From IMG/VR virus record IMGVR_UViG_3300045988_147882: 64,000 bases of DNA; one strand, 5' to 3'. This document shows positions 7,344-17,253 of this stretch, piece after piece. Below the pieces are notes generated by a model. It was not told the origin of the DNA. It saw nothing but the letters and a program-made list of their open reading frames with translations, and searched no databases. How positions within the stretch are numbered: position 1 is the first letter of the stretch; each line of letters begins with the position of its first letter. The DNA is from a virus. Both the position numbers and the translations under genes were made by a program.

Positions 7344-7763
7344 ATGGCAGAAGCTATTCTAACAAAACAAAATGGGGTAGTCACAATGGATAAGTCGTTT
7401 GACTACCTCTGTTCCACGCTCAAGAATGGAACTTACACTGTAAGCATCAAGAGAAAGGTAGAACCACGTACCCTGTCGCAGAACGCGCTCATGTGGCTGT
7501 GGTTTGCCTGTATTGAGAGGGAGACAGGCACGGATAAGTTGGATGTACATGATTACTATTGCCGGAAGTTTCTTCCACGGCAAATATGTATGAATGGAAA
7601 TATTGTTTCGGTTGTTGGAAGTACTTCTAAATTGAATACGATCCAAATGAAAACTTTCATGGATAAGGTTCAGGCTGATGCTGCCACCGAATTAGGAATC
7701 AATTTGCCATTGCCTGTTGACCAGTACTATAAAGATTTTATTAATGAATACCTGCATAGGTAA
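7344..7763 (+). CDS. NinB/Orf-like recombination mediator
   Basis: RTLSQNALMWLWF and GSTSKLNTIQM resemble lambda NinB as I remember it. Located in the recombination module. Confidence 0.55.
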   Translation: MAEAILTKQNGVVTMDKSFDYLCSTLKNGTYTVSIKRKVEPRTLSQNALMWLWFACIERETGTDKLDVHDYYCRKFLPRQICMNGNIVSVVGSTSKLNTIQMKTFMDKVQADAATELGINLPLPVDQYYKDFINEYLHR

Positions 7764-7787
7764 GTATTAACTCAAAGTTTAATTAAA

Positions 7788-8396
7788 ATGGATTTGAATA
7801 TTTCAAAAGCAAAATTGACCAAAAAGGGATGTCTTGAAGTGGTCTATGCAGACAAGGAAGGAAACGATATTGTTTTCAAGGGGATTAATCCTGTTCATCC
7901 GGATTTGAAGGATTCGCTAAACAAGCTCATACCCTACATTGTCGATATTACAGAACAGAAAGAATCCCAGTACATTAATTGGGAACGTCCAGAGTCATGT
8001 CTTGAAGATGAGTTCTTCAAAAAGTTCAATGTAACCGGCGTTAGCATTGGTGGTGATTCTTCTTTTGAGGTTTGTGTGTTGACAGGTAAGCGAACCCTTA
8101 TGACGAGCAAAGTCCTTAATCTTTGTTCTCCTGGTATCGGTTTCGATCCGGACAATGAATCGTATGTGCATTGTGAGGAGTTTCGTGATGCGGTTTATAA
8201 TTTCTTGTATGAAGCAGAGCTTTATGTTACAGAGAATAAATGTTCGGAGATTCAAAGGGAATTTGAATTTAAAGATGGTGAGGATCCGTTTGACAAGGTT
8301 GATGAAGCTGCTGATGCAATGAATGAAGATGGTGAAGATAACGGGATATGTTCAACAGTTGAACATCATGAATTAGTATTAGAACCTGCTTCATGA
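7788..8396 (+). CDS. Hypothetical protein with acidic C-terminus
   Basis: 202-aa ORF. Its stop overlaps the next start. Confidence 0.5.
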   Translation: MDLNISKAKLTKKGCLEVVYADKEGNDIVFKGINPVHPDLKDSLNKLIPYIVDITEQKESQYINWERPESCLEDEFFKKFNVTGVSIGGDSSFEVCVLTGKRTLMTSKVLNLCSPGIGFDPDNESYVHCEEFRDAVYNFLYEAELYVTENKCSEIQREFEFKDGEDPFDKVDEAADAMNEDGEDNGICSTVEHHELVLEPAS

Positions 8397-10129
8397 AACC
8401 AATTTATGTGACTAAGACGCCCAATCTGTACCGGATTCAGTTCGAGTATCACCCAAAGTTGGTCGAGGTCATAAAGATGATACCAAGTAAGCCACGCTAT
8501 GACGGAACAGACCGGGCGTGGCTTGTTAGTATCAATGATACGCGTTATCCTATTGGACGTGATGCGAATTGGTATGTGAGAGCTTTTGCGCAATGGGCTG
8601 TTCAGATGCGTTATTGTTCTACTGTCAAGGAACGTGAGGTAACTGAAGATATTAATTATGATATTCCTCCGATGAAACCTTTTGTCGGTGAACACTATAT
8701 GTTACTTCAACCTTACGAGTATCAACTTGAAGGAGTACAGTATGCAATAGAGCACAAACGCTGTTTTTTCGGTGACCAGCCCGGATTAGGTAAAACATTG
8801 CAAGCCATATGTGCAGTTGTTAAAGCACATAAGGAAGCGCCCATTTATGGTGAGTCTTTTCCAGTACTTGTAATTTGCCCTGCTGCGTTGAAAGTAAACT
8901 GGCAGCGTGAGTTTAAGAAGTTCGCAGGTATGAATTCGATTATCCTTGATGACAGAAACCGACAGTCCTGGCAATCATTTTATGAGTGTAAAAAGTCTGA
9001 TGGCAACCCACTTTGTGAGGTGTTCATTACTAATTATGAATCGCTTAATAAATTTTTTGTAAAAGCTGTAAATAAGGAATCCAAGCTTACAATGAAAAGT
9101 ATTGCTTTCGATCAGCGTGTCTCTCTGTTTAGGTCTGTTATCATTGACGAATCTCATAAATGCAAATCAAGTAAAACTCAACAGAGCAAATATGTTGAAG
9201 GTATCTGCAAAGGTAAACGTTATATATTCGCATTGACCGGTACTCCTGTTGTTAACAATAATACAGACTTGCTACAACAGCTAAAAATATTAGGTCGATT
9301 AGAGGACTTTGGAGGTTATAGCCGGTATGTTGAAAGATATTGTGATGGTCCCAAACAGGCATCCAACGTTAAAGAGCTGAATTGGCGACTATGGAATACT
9401 TGCTTCTTTCGTCGTGAGAAGTCAAAGGTGCTTACACAACTTCCGGACAAGACTCGTCAATACTTGACAGTTGATATCACTACCACCAAAGAGTATAAGG
9501 CTGCCGAGGCTGATATTGTAAAATACTTGAAGAAGTACAAGAACGCTTCGGATGAACAAGTGCAGAAATCAATGAATGGTGCCGTTATGGTGCAGATGCA
9601 GCTTTTAAAGCAGATATCTGCCAGAGGTAAAATCAAGGCTGTTTGTGAATTTGTCCATGATGTTATCGACGGTGGTGAGAAGCTGATACTTTTCGGTTAC
9701 TTGAAAGAAGTTGTAGCAGAACTGAAAAAGGAATTTCCTAAAGCTGTTACTGTAACGGGTTCCGATAGTGTCAACCAAAAGCAATATGCCGTTGACTCTT
9801 TCCAAAATAATCCGGATTGTAAACTGATTATTCTGAATTTCAAATCGGGCGGTACCGGGCTTACTTTGACTGCTGCCAGTCGTGTTGCTTTTATAGAGTT
9901 CCCTTGGACTTTCAGTGATTGCGAACAGGCAGAAGATAGAGCACACCGTAACGGTCAAAAGAACAACGTTAACTGCTATTACTTCTTAGGTAAGGATACT
10001 ATTGACAAGTATATGTATGATGTGATTCAAACAAAGAAGAACATTGCTAACGGTGTAACCGGAACGGATGACCAAGTAGAAGGGAATATGGTGAATCTTG
10101 CAATGGACTTGTTTAGGGATAAATTATGA
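8393..10129 (+). CDS. SNF2-family helicase
   Basis: DQPGLGKTLQAI (motif I), DESHKCKS (II), LTGTPVVNN (III), QAEDRAHRNGQ (VI). Confidence 0.85.
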   Translation: MKPIYVTKTPNLYRIQFEYHPKLVEVIKMIPSKPRYDGTDRAWLVSINDTRYPIGRDANWYVRAFAQWAVQMRYCSTVKEREVTEDINYDIPPMKPFVGEHYMLLQPYEYQLEGVQYAIEHKRCFFGDQPGLGKTLQAICAVVKAHKEAPIYGESFPVLVICPAALKVNWQREFKKFAGMNSIILDDRNRQSWQSFYECKKSDGNPLCEVFITNYESLNKFFVKAVNKESKLTMKSIAFDQRVSLFRSVIIDESHKCKSSKTQQSKYVEGICKGKRYIFALTGTPVVNNNTDLLQQLKILGRLEDFGGYSRYVERYCDGPKQASNVKELNWRLWNTCFFRREKSKVLTQLPDKTRQYLTVDITTTKEYKAAEADIVKYLKKYKNASDEQVQKSMNGAVMVQMQLLKQISARGKIKAVCEFVHDVIDGGEKLILFGYLKEVVAELKKEFPKAVTVTGSDSVNQKQYAVDSFQNNPDCKLIILNFKSGGTGLTLTAASRVAFIEFPWTFSDCEQAEDRAHRNGQKNNVNCYYFLGKDTIDKYMYDVIQTKKNIANGVTGTDDQVEGNMVNLAMDLFRDKL

Positions 10130-10314
10130 AGCCATTTAGATTAGTTATAATTGGGCAGAGAACTCATATTCAGGAATACAAGAAAGAAATGTTGTTCGGT
10201 CCTGAATGGGAAACCATAATATCCTTTGTCGGTTGCAGGAACAGGTGTAAACAAATCGTTGACCTTCTAAATGAATGTGCTACGATTTCAAAAAACAAGC
10301 AGAAAAATGACTGA
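10126..10314 (+). CDS. Hypothetical small protein
   Basis: 62-aa ORF coupled to its neighbours by overlaps. Confidence 0.4.
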   Translation: MKPFRLVIIGQRTHIQEYKKEMLFGPEWETIISFVGCRNRCKQIVDLLNECATISKNKQKND

Positions 10315-10756
10315 AGAAGATATTCGTAAATTGGAGGTGAAATATTCTGAAACCAAGATACAACACATTTGTGTAACTTGGTTCAGAGAAACGTTTCCCA
10401 ATGTCGGCCCTCTACTCTTTGCTATACCAAACGGCGGCGTCAGGACAAAGAAAAGCGGTGCTATGCGTAAATATGAAGGTGCCATCGCTGGTGTTGCTGA
10501 CTTGATTCTGCTTTTTCCTCGCGGTGGTAAGAGCAGTCTTTGCATAGAGATGAAAACTCCACATGTAAAAGGTAAACGTGCCGGAACGCAGTCTGATGAG
10601 CAAAAAGAATGGCAGGCATTAGTTGAGAAATATGGCAGTGTATATGTCGTTTGTCATGGGTTGATTGAGTTCATTAATAGCGTTTGCTATTATCTGAAAG
10701 CTGACCCTCAACCTTATATAAACAATGTCTTACGGAATTATTATAAATTGATATGA
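10307..10756 (+). CDS. VRR-NUC domain nuclease
   Basis: IPNGG, AGVADLILLFPRGG, CIEMKTP and QSDEQKEW motifs. The track start is 10271. ATG 10307 overlaps the upstream stop. Confidence 0.7.
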   Translation: MTEEDIRKLEVKYSETKIQHICVTWFRETFPNVGPLLFAIPNGGVRTKKSGAMRKYEGAIAGVADLILLFPRGGKSSLCIEMKTPHVKGKRAGTQSDEQKEWQALVEKYGSVYVVCHGLIEFINSVCYYLKADPQPYINNVLRNYYKLI

Positions 10757-11610
10757 CTTATATTGAACTTATCAATAGGTTTTGGGAACTTGACGAAAGC
10801 TGGCAATTTTCCTGCTGTGAAACGAGGCTTTATTTTTACTTGCTAAAAATTGCGAATCGTTTAGGCTGGGAGGATAACTGGACACGTAGTGATACAAAGG
10901 TGTCATCTGACGTGGGAGTGTCTGTAAAAGTATTCAAGTCCGCCCGAAATAGATTAGTTCAAGCAGGTCTTATTGAATGTAAACAAGGCAATGGAAGAGG
11001 CAATAAATCAACGTATTCTATAAAAGGTGTACAAAAAGGTATGCAAAATATACCACCTTTACGGCATCCTTTAGGGACACCTTTAGGGTACCCTTTAGGG
11101 ACACCTTTTCAAGAAAGCTCCCCCATACCCCCTAAAGAAGAATATAAGACAGAGACAAAGAAAGAACCCCCTAAAGGGGGTAAGAAAGAAAGTAGCTCTG
11201 GCGAGCTTTTCCCACTCTCTAAACCGGAGAAACCTAAAAGAGTCGCAAAAGAATTTATAGCTCCTACGCTTGATGAGGTTATTCAACACTTCATCAAGCA
11301 AAATGCTCCGGAACGGTTAGATGACTGGCAAGAGCAAGCAGAAATATTCTTCAATCACTTTGACTCGATAGGGTGGAAGAATGCCAATGGAGTGAAAATA
11401 GAGCGGTGGGATTCCAAAGCAAACCTTTGGATACTGGATCGTATTCGTGAAAATCGAAAAAATGAATTAGACCATGACGGAAGAGGAAAAGAATTTATCA
11501 AGCAAACTTCAAAATTTGATGGAGAAGGAAGCCGGCAAGCGCAAGCTGACGCTCCAACAGATAGAGAATCTGATACAAAGGCACAAAGAAAGTATTCAGA
11601 ACGTTTCTGA
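10753..11610 (+). CDS. Replication initiator-like protein (DnaD/O-like winged-helix N-terminus, low-complexity linker)
   Basis: The N-terminal 90 aa resemble phage replication-protein N-domains. Sits just before a DnaC-like loader. Contains iteron-like repeats. Confidence 0.5.
   Translation: MTYIELINRFWELDESWQFSCCETRLYFYLLKIANRLGWEDNWTRSDTKVSSDVGVSVKVFKSARNRLVQAGLIECKQGNGRGNKSTYSIKGVQKGMQNIPPLRHPLGTPLGYPLGTPFQESSPIPPKEEYKTETKKEPPKGGKKESSSGELFPLSKPEKPKRVAKEFIAPTLDEVIQHFIKQNAPERLDDWQEQAEIFFNHFDSIGWKNANGVKIERWDSKANLWILDRIRENRKNELDHDGRGKEFIKQTSKFDGEGSRQAQADAPTDRESDTKAQRKYSERF
11056..11180 (+). repeat. Iteron-like array inside the initiator gene (candidate ori)
   Basis: CCTTTAGGG at 11068, 11080 and 11092 (12-bp period), with degenerate copies flanking. 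Inverted CCCTAAAG at 11130 and 11169. CCCCC-TAAA-GGGGG at 11167-11180. Confidence 0.45.
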
Positions 11611-12262
11611 ATATGACTTAACTGATACGCAAGAGTATTACAGTCATTGGAATTTAATTTCTAACCTTGGTACGGATTATACGGAACGGGAGTTTAGAAA
11701 ATTTGATGTTGATGATAACAACTCTAAACTAATTCAGTTTCTTCTGTACTACTTCAACGGATGTCGGTATGCTCAAAATGTGTTTCCGGAAGAGAATTAC
11801 AAGGTTCATAAGAATCTTTTGCTTGTTGGTGAACCTGGTACCGGAAAAACAATGTTGATGCAGATTTTTGCAGATTATTTGAAACTCACTTGTAACCCCA
11901 ATGCTTTTGAAAACTTGTCTGTTACTCAAATGATGAATTATTATAAAATTCACGGGCATATTGACTTGTACACTTACAATGAGAATCAATCCAAAGGATT
12001 TAAACCAAATCCCTTTAATATCTGCTTGAATGATATCGGTCTGGAAACGGAAAATCAAAAATCGTATGGTACCAGTCTCGATTCAGTTATTGATGAATTT
12101 CTTTATGCCCGGTATGAGATTTTTCAGCAATATGGCAAGAAGTATCATATAACATCGAATCTTGGCATAGCCGAATTTAAGAAACGTTTTGGGCCAAGAT
12201 TAGTGGATCGTTTTAAAACGTTTAATGTTCTCCCCCTGTGTGGCGAGAGTCGTAGAATATAG
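11474..12262 (+). CDS. AAA+ ATPase, DnaC/IstB-like helicase loader
   Basis: Walker A LLLVGEPGTGKTM. Follows the initiator. Overlaps it by 137 nt in another frame (alternative start ATG 11519). Confidence 0.65.
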   Translation: MTEEEKNLSSKLQNLMEKEAGKRKLTLQQIENLIQRHKESIQNVSEYDLTDTQEYYSHWNLISNLGTDYTEREFRKFDVDDNNSKLIQFLLYYFNGCRYAQNVFPEENYKVHKNLLLVGEPGTGKTMLMQIFADYLKLTCNPNAFENLSVTQMMNYYKIHGHIDLYTYNENQSKGFKPNPFNICLNDIGLETENQKSYGTSLDSVIDEFLYARYEIFQQYGKKYHITSNLGIAEFKKRFGPRLVDRFKTFNVLPLCGESRRI

Positions 12263-12267
12263 CTACT

Positions 12268-12456
12268 ATGAAAGTTACAATTTACTGGGTTACTAAAGAT
12301 TCGGATAAAATTGCTCGTATCAGAGAGCGTTTCGGTATTGGAACGTATCGAAGTGTGAACGGTGAAACGCCTGCTGAAATACGAGAAGAAGATATGGAAC
12401 TTCTTCGGGAAACTGAAAGAAGAGGATTTATTCAAATACGTAATAAGCCCACATGA
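12268..12456 (+). CDS. Hypothetical small protein
   Basis: 62-aa ORF. Its stop abuts promoter repeat copy 2. Confidence 0.4.
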   Translation: MKVTIYWVTKDSDKIARIRERFGIGTYRSVNGETPAEIREEDMELLRETERRGFIQIRNKPT

Positions 12457-12557
12457 AAATGGCGTTAAAATGGCGAAGTTTCTGTTTGCATAACTTGTCA
12501 TTTTACGATAACTTTACTGATGTAATGAATTAAAAGTCAAACCAATATAATTAAATT
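12455..12557 (+). promoter_or_regulatory. Promoter/leader repeat, copy 2 (before ParB-like gene)
   Basis: Near-identical to copy 1 (AAATGGCGTTAAAATGGCGAAGTTTCTGTTTGC ... TTTACTGATGTAAT ... AAAAGTCAAACCA). Confidence 0.6.
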
Positions 12558-14273
12558 ATGGAAGTACAAAACATTAGAATTGACCTTATTAGTCCTTCTC
12601 CTTTGAATCCGAGAAAGACTTTTGATGAAGCAGCTCTTGAAGAGCTCGCAAGCAACATTGAAAAGCAAGGCTTATTGCAGCCTATCACCGTCAGGGTAGC
12701 CAAATCCGAAGATTTTACTGACTTAGAGACTGGCGGTGTTACGACAATTCCCTGTTCGTATGAAATTGTTTGCGGTGAGCGTCGTTTTCGGGCTGTGTCA
12801 CTTTTGAAAGCAAAGGAAGATGAAGCGAATGTTGCAAAAATCAAAGCCCATCGAAAAAAGTCGGAGAAATTTCAGACAATATCCTGCATTGTCAGAGAAA
12901 TGACAGACGATGAGGCTTTTGAAGCGATGATTACCGAGAATCTTCAAAGAAAAGATGTTGATCCCATCGAAGAAGCTTTTGCCTTTGCGCAGTTGGCTGA
13001 GAAAGGACGGACTTTGGAAGATATTGCTCTTAAATTTGGAAAGTCTACTCGTTTTGTCTTTGACCGTATAAAGCTAAACGGTCTTATCCCGGAACTGAAA
13101 GAACGTGTAAGAAATGGAGACATACCATTATCCGGTGCTATGATTCTTTCAAAACTTGACGAAGAAACTCAAAAGGAGTTCAATGAGGAAGAAGATGAAC
13201 AATGCACGACATCTATGATACGTGACTATGTTAGTAATTCCTTTTTAGAACTGGATAAAGCGGATTGGATTAAAGAAGACGCAGACAATTGGGAAAATGG
13301 CGAATTTAAGCAGTGCTCTCAATGTGAATCTAATACCTGTAATCATGGTTGTTTGTTCTATGAGATGAATAATAAGAATGCTCGCTGTATCAATGCTGCC
13401 TGTTTTTATAGAAAGCGGATTGCATATGTAATCCGAAAGATTCTGCTTGAGAGTGAGAATCTTGTTAAAGTAGGTGAACCTTTTTCATTCGGAAAAACTG
13501 TTATTGTAGCAAAAGCAGAATATTATTGGAGTGATGAAAGAAAAGCACAATATGAAAGTGCTTTAGAAGCCGTAAAGCAACTTGGATTTGAAGTAGTTAA
13601 TCCAGATGAGGTGTTTAGGAGTTTATGTTATTATAGTGCTGATGATGAACGGACACTAAAAATGCTTGATGAAGGTGAAATTTATCGCTGTATCTCATTC
13701 TTTGGTAATTATAATCCAGAATTTAATGTAAAATTCTATTACACAAAGAAAGAACTGGTTTCTAGTACTGCCGCTGTTGCCGATCTAAAAGAGATAGAAA
13801 GGGAAAAAATAAACGCCCAATTAAAAAGAGCGAAGGATATAGTCAAGGAGAAGTCTGCTGAAGAAATGCGCAAGTGGGCGCAAGAGAAAACATATTATCA
13901 GAGAACAAAAGAATTCTCTGAAAATGAACAACTTGTTTTTGATGTGCTGGTTCTTAGCGGTTGTAGCAGTACTTATCTTGAAAAACTGAATTTGAAAAAA
14001 TGGAATGGTGAGAGTGATTTTGTAAATTATGTCAAGAACAACCAAGCTGACCGACACCAATGGTATAGAGCCTTTATTGCTGAATGCTTATCATCGAATA
14101 ATGTGAATTTCTGCTCCTATTTGCAAAAGTGTCAGAAAATCCTTTTTGCAGAACAATATCCGGATGATTACAATGCGCTAACAAAGAAACTTGCAGATTC
14201 ATATAGCAAGAAAGAGATGAAGCTCAAACAGCAACTCGAAGAACTTAATAACGATAACACAGAGGAAGCCTAA
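12558..14273 (+). CDS. ParB/Srx N-terminal domain protein with long C-terminal extension
   Basis: LISPSPLNPRK, GLLQPITV and VCGERRFRAV motifs. Confidence 0.8.
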   Translation: MEVQNIRIDLISPSPLNPRKTFDEAALEELASNIEKQGLLQPITVRVAKSEDFTDLETGGVTTIPCSYEIVCGERRFRAVSLLKAKEDEANVAKIKAHRKKSEKFQTISCIVREMTDDEAFEAMITENLQRKDVDPIEEAFAFAQLAEKGRTLEDIALKFGKSTRFVFDRIKLNGLIPELKERVRNGDIPLSGAMILSKLDEETQKEFNEEEDEQCTTSMIRDYVSNSFLELDKADWIKEDADNWENGEFKQCSQCESNTCNHGCLFYEMNNKNARCINAACFYRKRIAYVIRKILLESENLVKVGEPFSFGKTVIVAKAEYYWSDERKAQYESALEAVKQLGFEVVNPDEVFRSLCYYSADDERTLKMLDEGEIYRCISFFGNYNPEFNVKFYYTKKELVSSTAAVADLKEIEREKINAQLKRAKDIVKEKSAEEMRKWAQEKTYYQRTKEFSENEQLVFDVLVLSGCSSTYLEKLNLKKWNGESDFVNYVKNNQADRHQWYRAFIAECLSSNNVNFCSYLQKCQKILFAEQYPDDYNALTKKLADSYSKKEMKLKQQLEELNNDNTEEA

Positions 14274-14295
14274 CGGTTTCCTCTCTTTATTTGAA

Positions 14296-16815
14296 ATGAA
14301 AATGAAAGACTATATAGAATTTCTAAAAGACAAGATGGCTATTAGCCACAATACTGGATTTGAAGTTAATCCTAATGAAATATCAACTTCTCTTTACCCT
14401 CATGTGAGAGATACCGTTCGTTGGGCGGTTTCCGGTGGTTGCCGTGCCATATTCTCCAGTTTCGGTATGCAGAAAACAGTAACCCAATTGGAGATATGCA
14501 GAGTTATAATCAACCAGTATTTTGGTAAAGCTCTTATCGTTTGTCCTAAACGTGTAGTAGTAGAGTTTATCACCCAAGCTAAGGAGCACATGAACATGAC
14601 AGTTAAGTATGTCAAGACCATGAGCGAAGTCAGAGCCTGCAAGTGTGATATAATGATTACCAACTATGAGCGTGTCCGTGACGGAGAAGACGGCGTAAGA
14701 ATAGAACCTTCCTTTTTTACCGTTACCTCATTGGATGAAGCAAGCGTATTGAGAGGGTTCGGCACCAAGACATACCAAGAGTTCCTACCGCTGTTCGCCG
14801 ATGTGCCTTTCCGCTTTGTTGCCACTGCCACGCCGTCACCTAACAGATACAAGGAGCTGATACATTATGCCGGATATCTTGGAGTGATGGATACAGGTCA
14901 AGCCCTTACACGTTTTTTTCAACGTGATAGTACCAAAGCTAATAATCTAACGCTTTATCCACACAAAGAAAAAGAATTTTGGCTGTGGGTATCAACTTGG
15001 GCATTGTTCCTAACCAAGCCTTCCGACCTCGGTTATCCTGATACCGGCTATGAATTGCCGGAACTGCGGGTACATGAAGAAGTGGTTAGCGTTGACAATT
15101 CCACTGCCGGTACAGACCGTGACGGACAAGTGAAGATGTTTCGTGAGGCTGCTCTCGGACTTGCTGATGCAGCGAAAGAACGTCGGGACAATATGGCAGA
15201 GAAGATTGCCCGTGTCGTAGAGATTATTAATCGTCCTGAAAACAAGGACGAGCATTTCCTTTTGTGGCATGACCTTGAGAGTGAGCGGGAAGCCCTTTGC
15301 AAGGCTATCCCCGGTTGCAAAGCTGTTTATGGCTCGCAGGATGATGAGGAAGCCGACAAGGTGATAGCGGACTTCAAAAACGGGAGATTGAAATACCTGG
15401 CCGCAAAGCCTGAAATGCTTGGTGAGGGTTTGAACTTCCAGTACCATTGTCATAAGGCTATCATGTTCATCGACTACCGGTTCAATGACAAGTTTCAGGC
15501 GATAGCCCGTATCTACCGTTTCATGCAAAAACATCCTGTAGACCTTTACTTGGTCTATGCAGAAAGTGAAGGAGAGATATTCAAAAGCTTTATGCAGAAA
15601 TGGGCGCAGCATCGTGAAATGGTTTCTAAAATGACTGATATCGTCCGTGAGAACGGTCTGTTCGGTTTGCAGGCAGAGGAGAAGATGATGCGCTGGATGT
15701 TTGCCAGCCGTGAAGAAAAATCCGGTAAACTGTGGAAAGCCATCAATAACGACAATGTTTTGGAGTGTCAGAAAATGGAAAGCAACTCGGTGGATTTGGT
15801 TGTAACCAGCATCCCTTTTTCCAATCATTACGAATATACGCCGACCTATAACGATTTCGGGCATAATGAAAGCAACGACAAGTTCTTCGAGCAGATGGAC
15901 TACCTCACACCAGAACTGATGCGGATATTGAAGCCTGGGCGGCTGGCTTGCATCCATGTGAAAGACCGTGTATTGTTCGGTAATGCCACAGGTGACGGTA
16001 TGCCCACCATCGACCCGTTCTCCGAAATGACGGTATTTCACTACATGAAACACGGATTCCGCTACATGGGGCGTATCACAGTAGATACCGATGTGGTAAG
16101 GGAGAATAACCAGACCTACCGCCTTGGCTATACAGAGATGTGCAAAGATGGTTCTAAGATTGGTATTGGTTGCCCTGAATATGTGCTTCTTTTCCGTAAA
16201 CTGCCTTCTGATACTTCACGTGCCTATGCAGATTTGCCAGTAACCAAGAATAAGAATGAATATTCGTTAGCCCGCTGGCAAATAGATGCTCATGCAAGTT
16301 GGAAATCTTCAGGTAATACTTTGTTAAGCTATGAAGATATGAAAGTTGCCGGTATTGACAAGATACGCCATTTGTTTAGAAACTATGAGCGTGAACATAT
16401 ATACAATTATGAAGAACATGTTGCTTTCGCTGAAGAATTAGAAGTTTACGGTAAACTACCAAAAACATTTATGGCCGTAGATCCTGTAAGTAAGAAACCT
16501 TGGATTTGGGATGACGTTACCCGGATGCGTACACTCAATACCAAGCAGTCACAGAAAAAACGTCAAAATCATATTTGTCCTCTTCAGCTTGATATTGTTG
16601 AGAGGTTGATTGAACGGTATTCAAATAAAGGAGACTTGGTATTCGACCCATTTGGCGGTATCGGTACTGTTCCTTACTGTGCTATTAGATTGGGGCGTAA
16701 AGGGCTCTCTACCGAGTTGAATTATGACTATTGGAAAGACAGCCTTTCATACTTGCATGAAGCTGAAATTGAAGTGAATGCACCGACGCTATTTGATTTG
16801 ATGGAAGCTATTTAA
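14296..16815 (+). CDS. Fusion of an SNF2/DEAD-like helicase domain with a beta-class N4/N6 DNA methyltransferase
   Basis: N-terminal half: FGMQKT, LDEAS, ATATPSPN. C-terminal half: DLVVTSIPF (motif IV variant) followed by DLVFDPFGGIGT (motif I). Higher GC than neighbouring genes. Confidence 0.75.
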   Translation: MKMKDYIEFLKDKMAISHNTGFEVNPNEISTSLYPHVRDTVRWAVSGGCRAIFSSFGMQKTVTQLEICRVIINQYFGKALIVCPKRVVVEFITQAKEHMNMTVKYVKTMSEVRACKCDIMITNYERVRDGEDGVRIEPSFFTVTSLDEASVLRGFGTKTYQEFLPLFADVPFRFVATATPSPNRYKELIHYAGYLGVMDTGQALTRFFQRDSTKANNLTLYPHKEKEFWLWVSTWALFLTKPSDLGYPDTGYELPELRVHEEVVSVDNSTAGTDRDGQVKMFREAALGLADAAKERRDNMAEKIARVVEIINRPENKDEHFLLWHDLESEREALCKAIPGCKAVYGSQDDEEADKVIADFKNGRLKYLAAKPEMLGEGLNFQYHCHKAIMFIDYRFNDKFQAIARIYRFMQKHPVDLYLVYAESEGEIFKSFMQKWAQHREMVSKMTDIVRENGLFGLQAEEKMMRWMFASREEKSGKLWKAINNDNVLECQKMESNSVDLVVTSIPFSNHYEYTPTYNDFGHNESNDKFFEQMDYLTPELMRILKPGRLACIHVKDRVLFGNATGDGMPTIDPFSEMTVFHYMKHGFRYMGRITVDTDVVRENNQTYRLGYTEMCKDGSKIGIGCPEYVLLFRKLPSDTSRAYADLPVTKNKNEYSLARWQIDAHASWKSSGNTLLSYEDMKVAGIDKIRHLFRNYEREHIYNYEEHVAFAEELEVYGKLPKTFMAVDPVSKKPWIWDDVTRMRTLNTKQSQKKRQNHICPLQLDIVERLIERYSNKGDLVFDPFGGIGTVPYCAIRLGRKGLSTELNYDYWKDSLSYLHEAEIEVNAPTLFDLMEAI

Positions 16816-16913
16816 TCTAAATAAGAATGGATATGTATTTGTATAAAAACAGACCACCGCCTTTATTAAATAGTGTGAGATTATTCTTAGTCTAACAATT
16901 TAACCCGATCGAT

Positions 16914-17207
16914 ATGATAACATTGAATAGGTTTGCCCAGAGATGCTTGAATATCATGAGGAAGCGCTTTAAGATGAATGAGCATAGCTCAAGAAAAGCG
17001 TTTAGCATAAGAATTGAAGCCGTTTGGAGAAAATTCGATATTGCTTCTAAATATAGGAGTGATAATCTTCCTAAATATTCGGAAGATGAAGAATTGGCAG
17101 CCGAGATGATAATTTACCTTGTTGCCTATTTAAAAAGATTTGGTTGTGAGGACATTGAACAGCTTATCAAAGATAAGATAGAGTTCGATGATAGAAAAAA
17201 TGATTAG
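16914..17207 (+). CDS. Hypothetical protein, possibly a MazG-like all-alpha NTP pyrophosphohydrolase
   Basis: EDEELAAEMIIYLVAYLKRFGCEDIEQLIKDKI resembles the MazG helix pair. Weak call. Confidence 0.35.
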   Translation: MITLNRFAQRCLNIMRKRFKMNEHSSRKAFSIRIEAVWRKFDIASKYRSDNLPKYSEDEELAAEMIIYLVAYLKRFGCEDIEQLIKDKIEFDDRKND

Positions 17208-17253
17208 GTGTTGTTACTGACTGTTTGTGTTGTTGATTTTAATATAGTTAGTT

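Noticed and set aside
15010-16053. 347-aa minus-strand ORF inside the helicase-methyltransferase gene
   Set aside because: It is antisense to a gene with clear helicase and methylase motifs. Long antisense ORFs are expected in this locally GC-richer segment.
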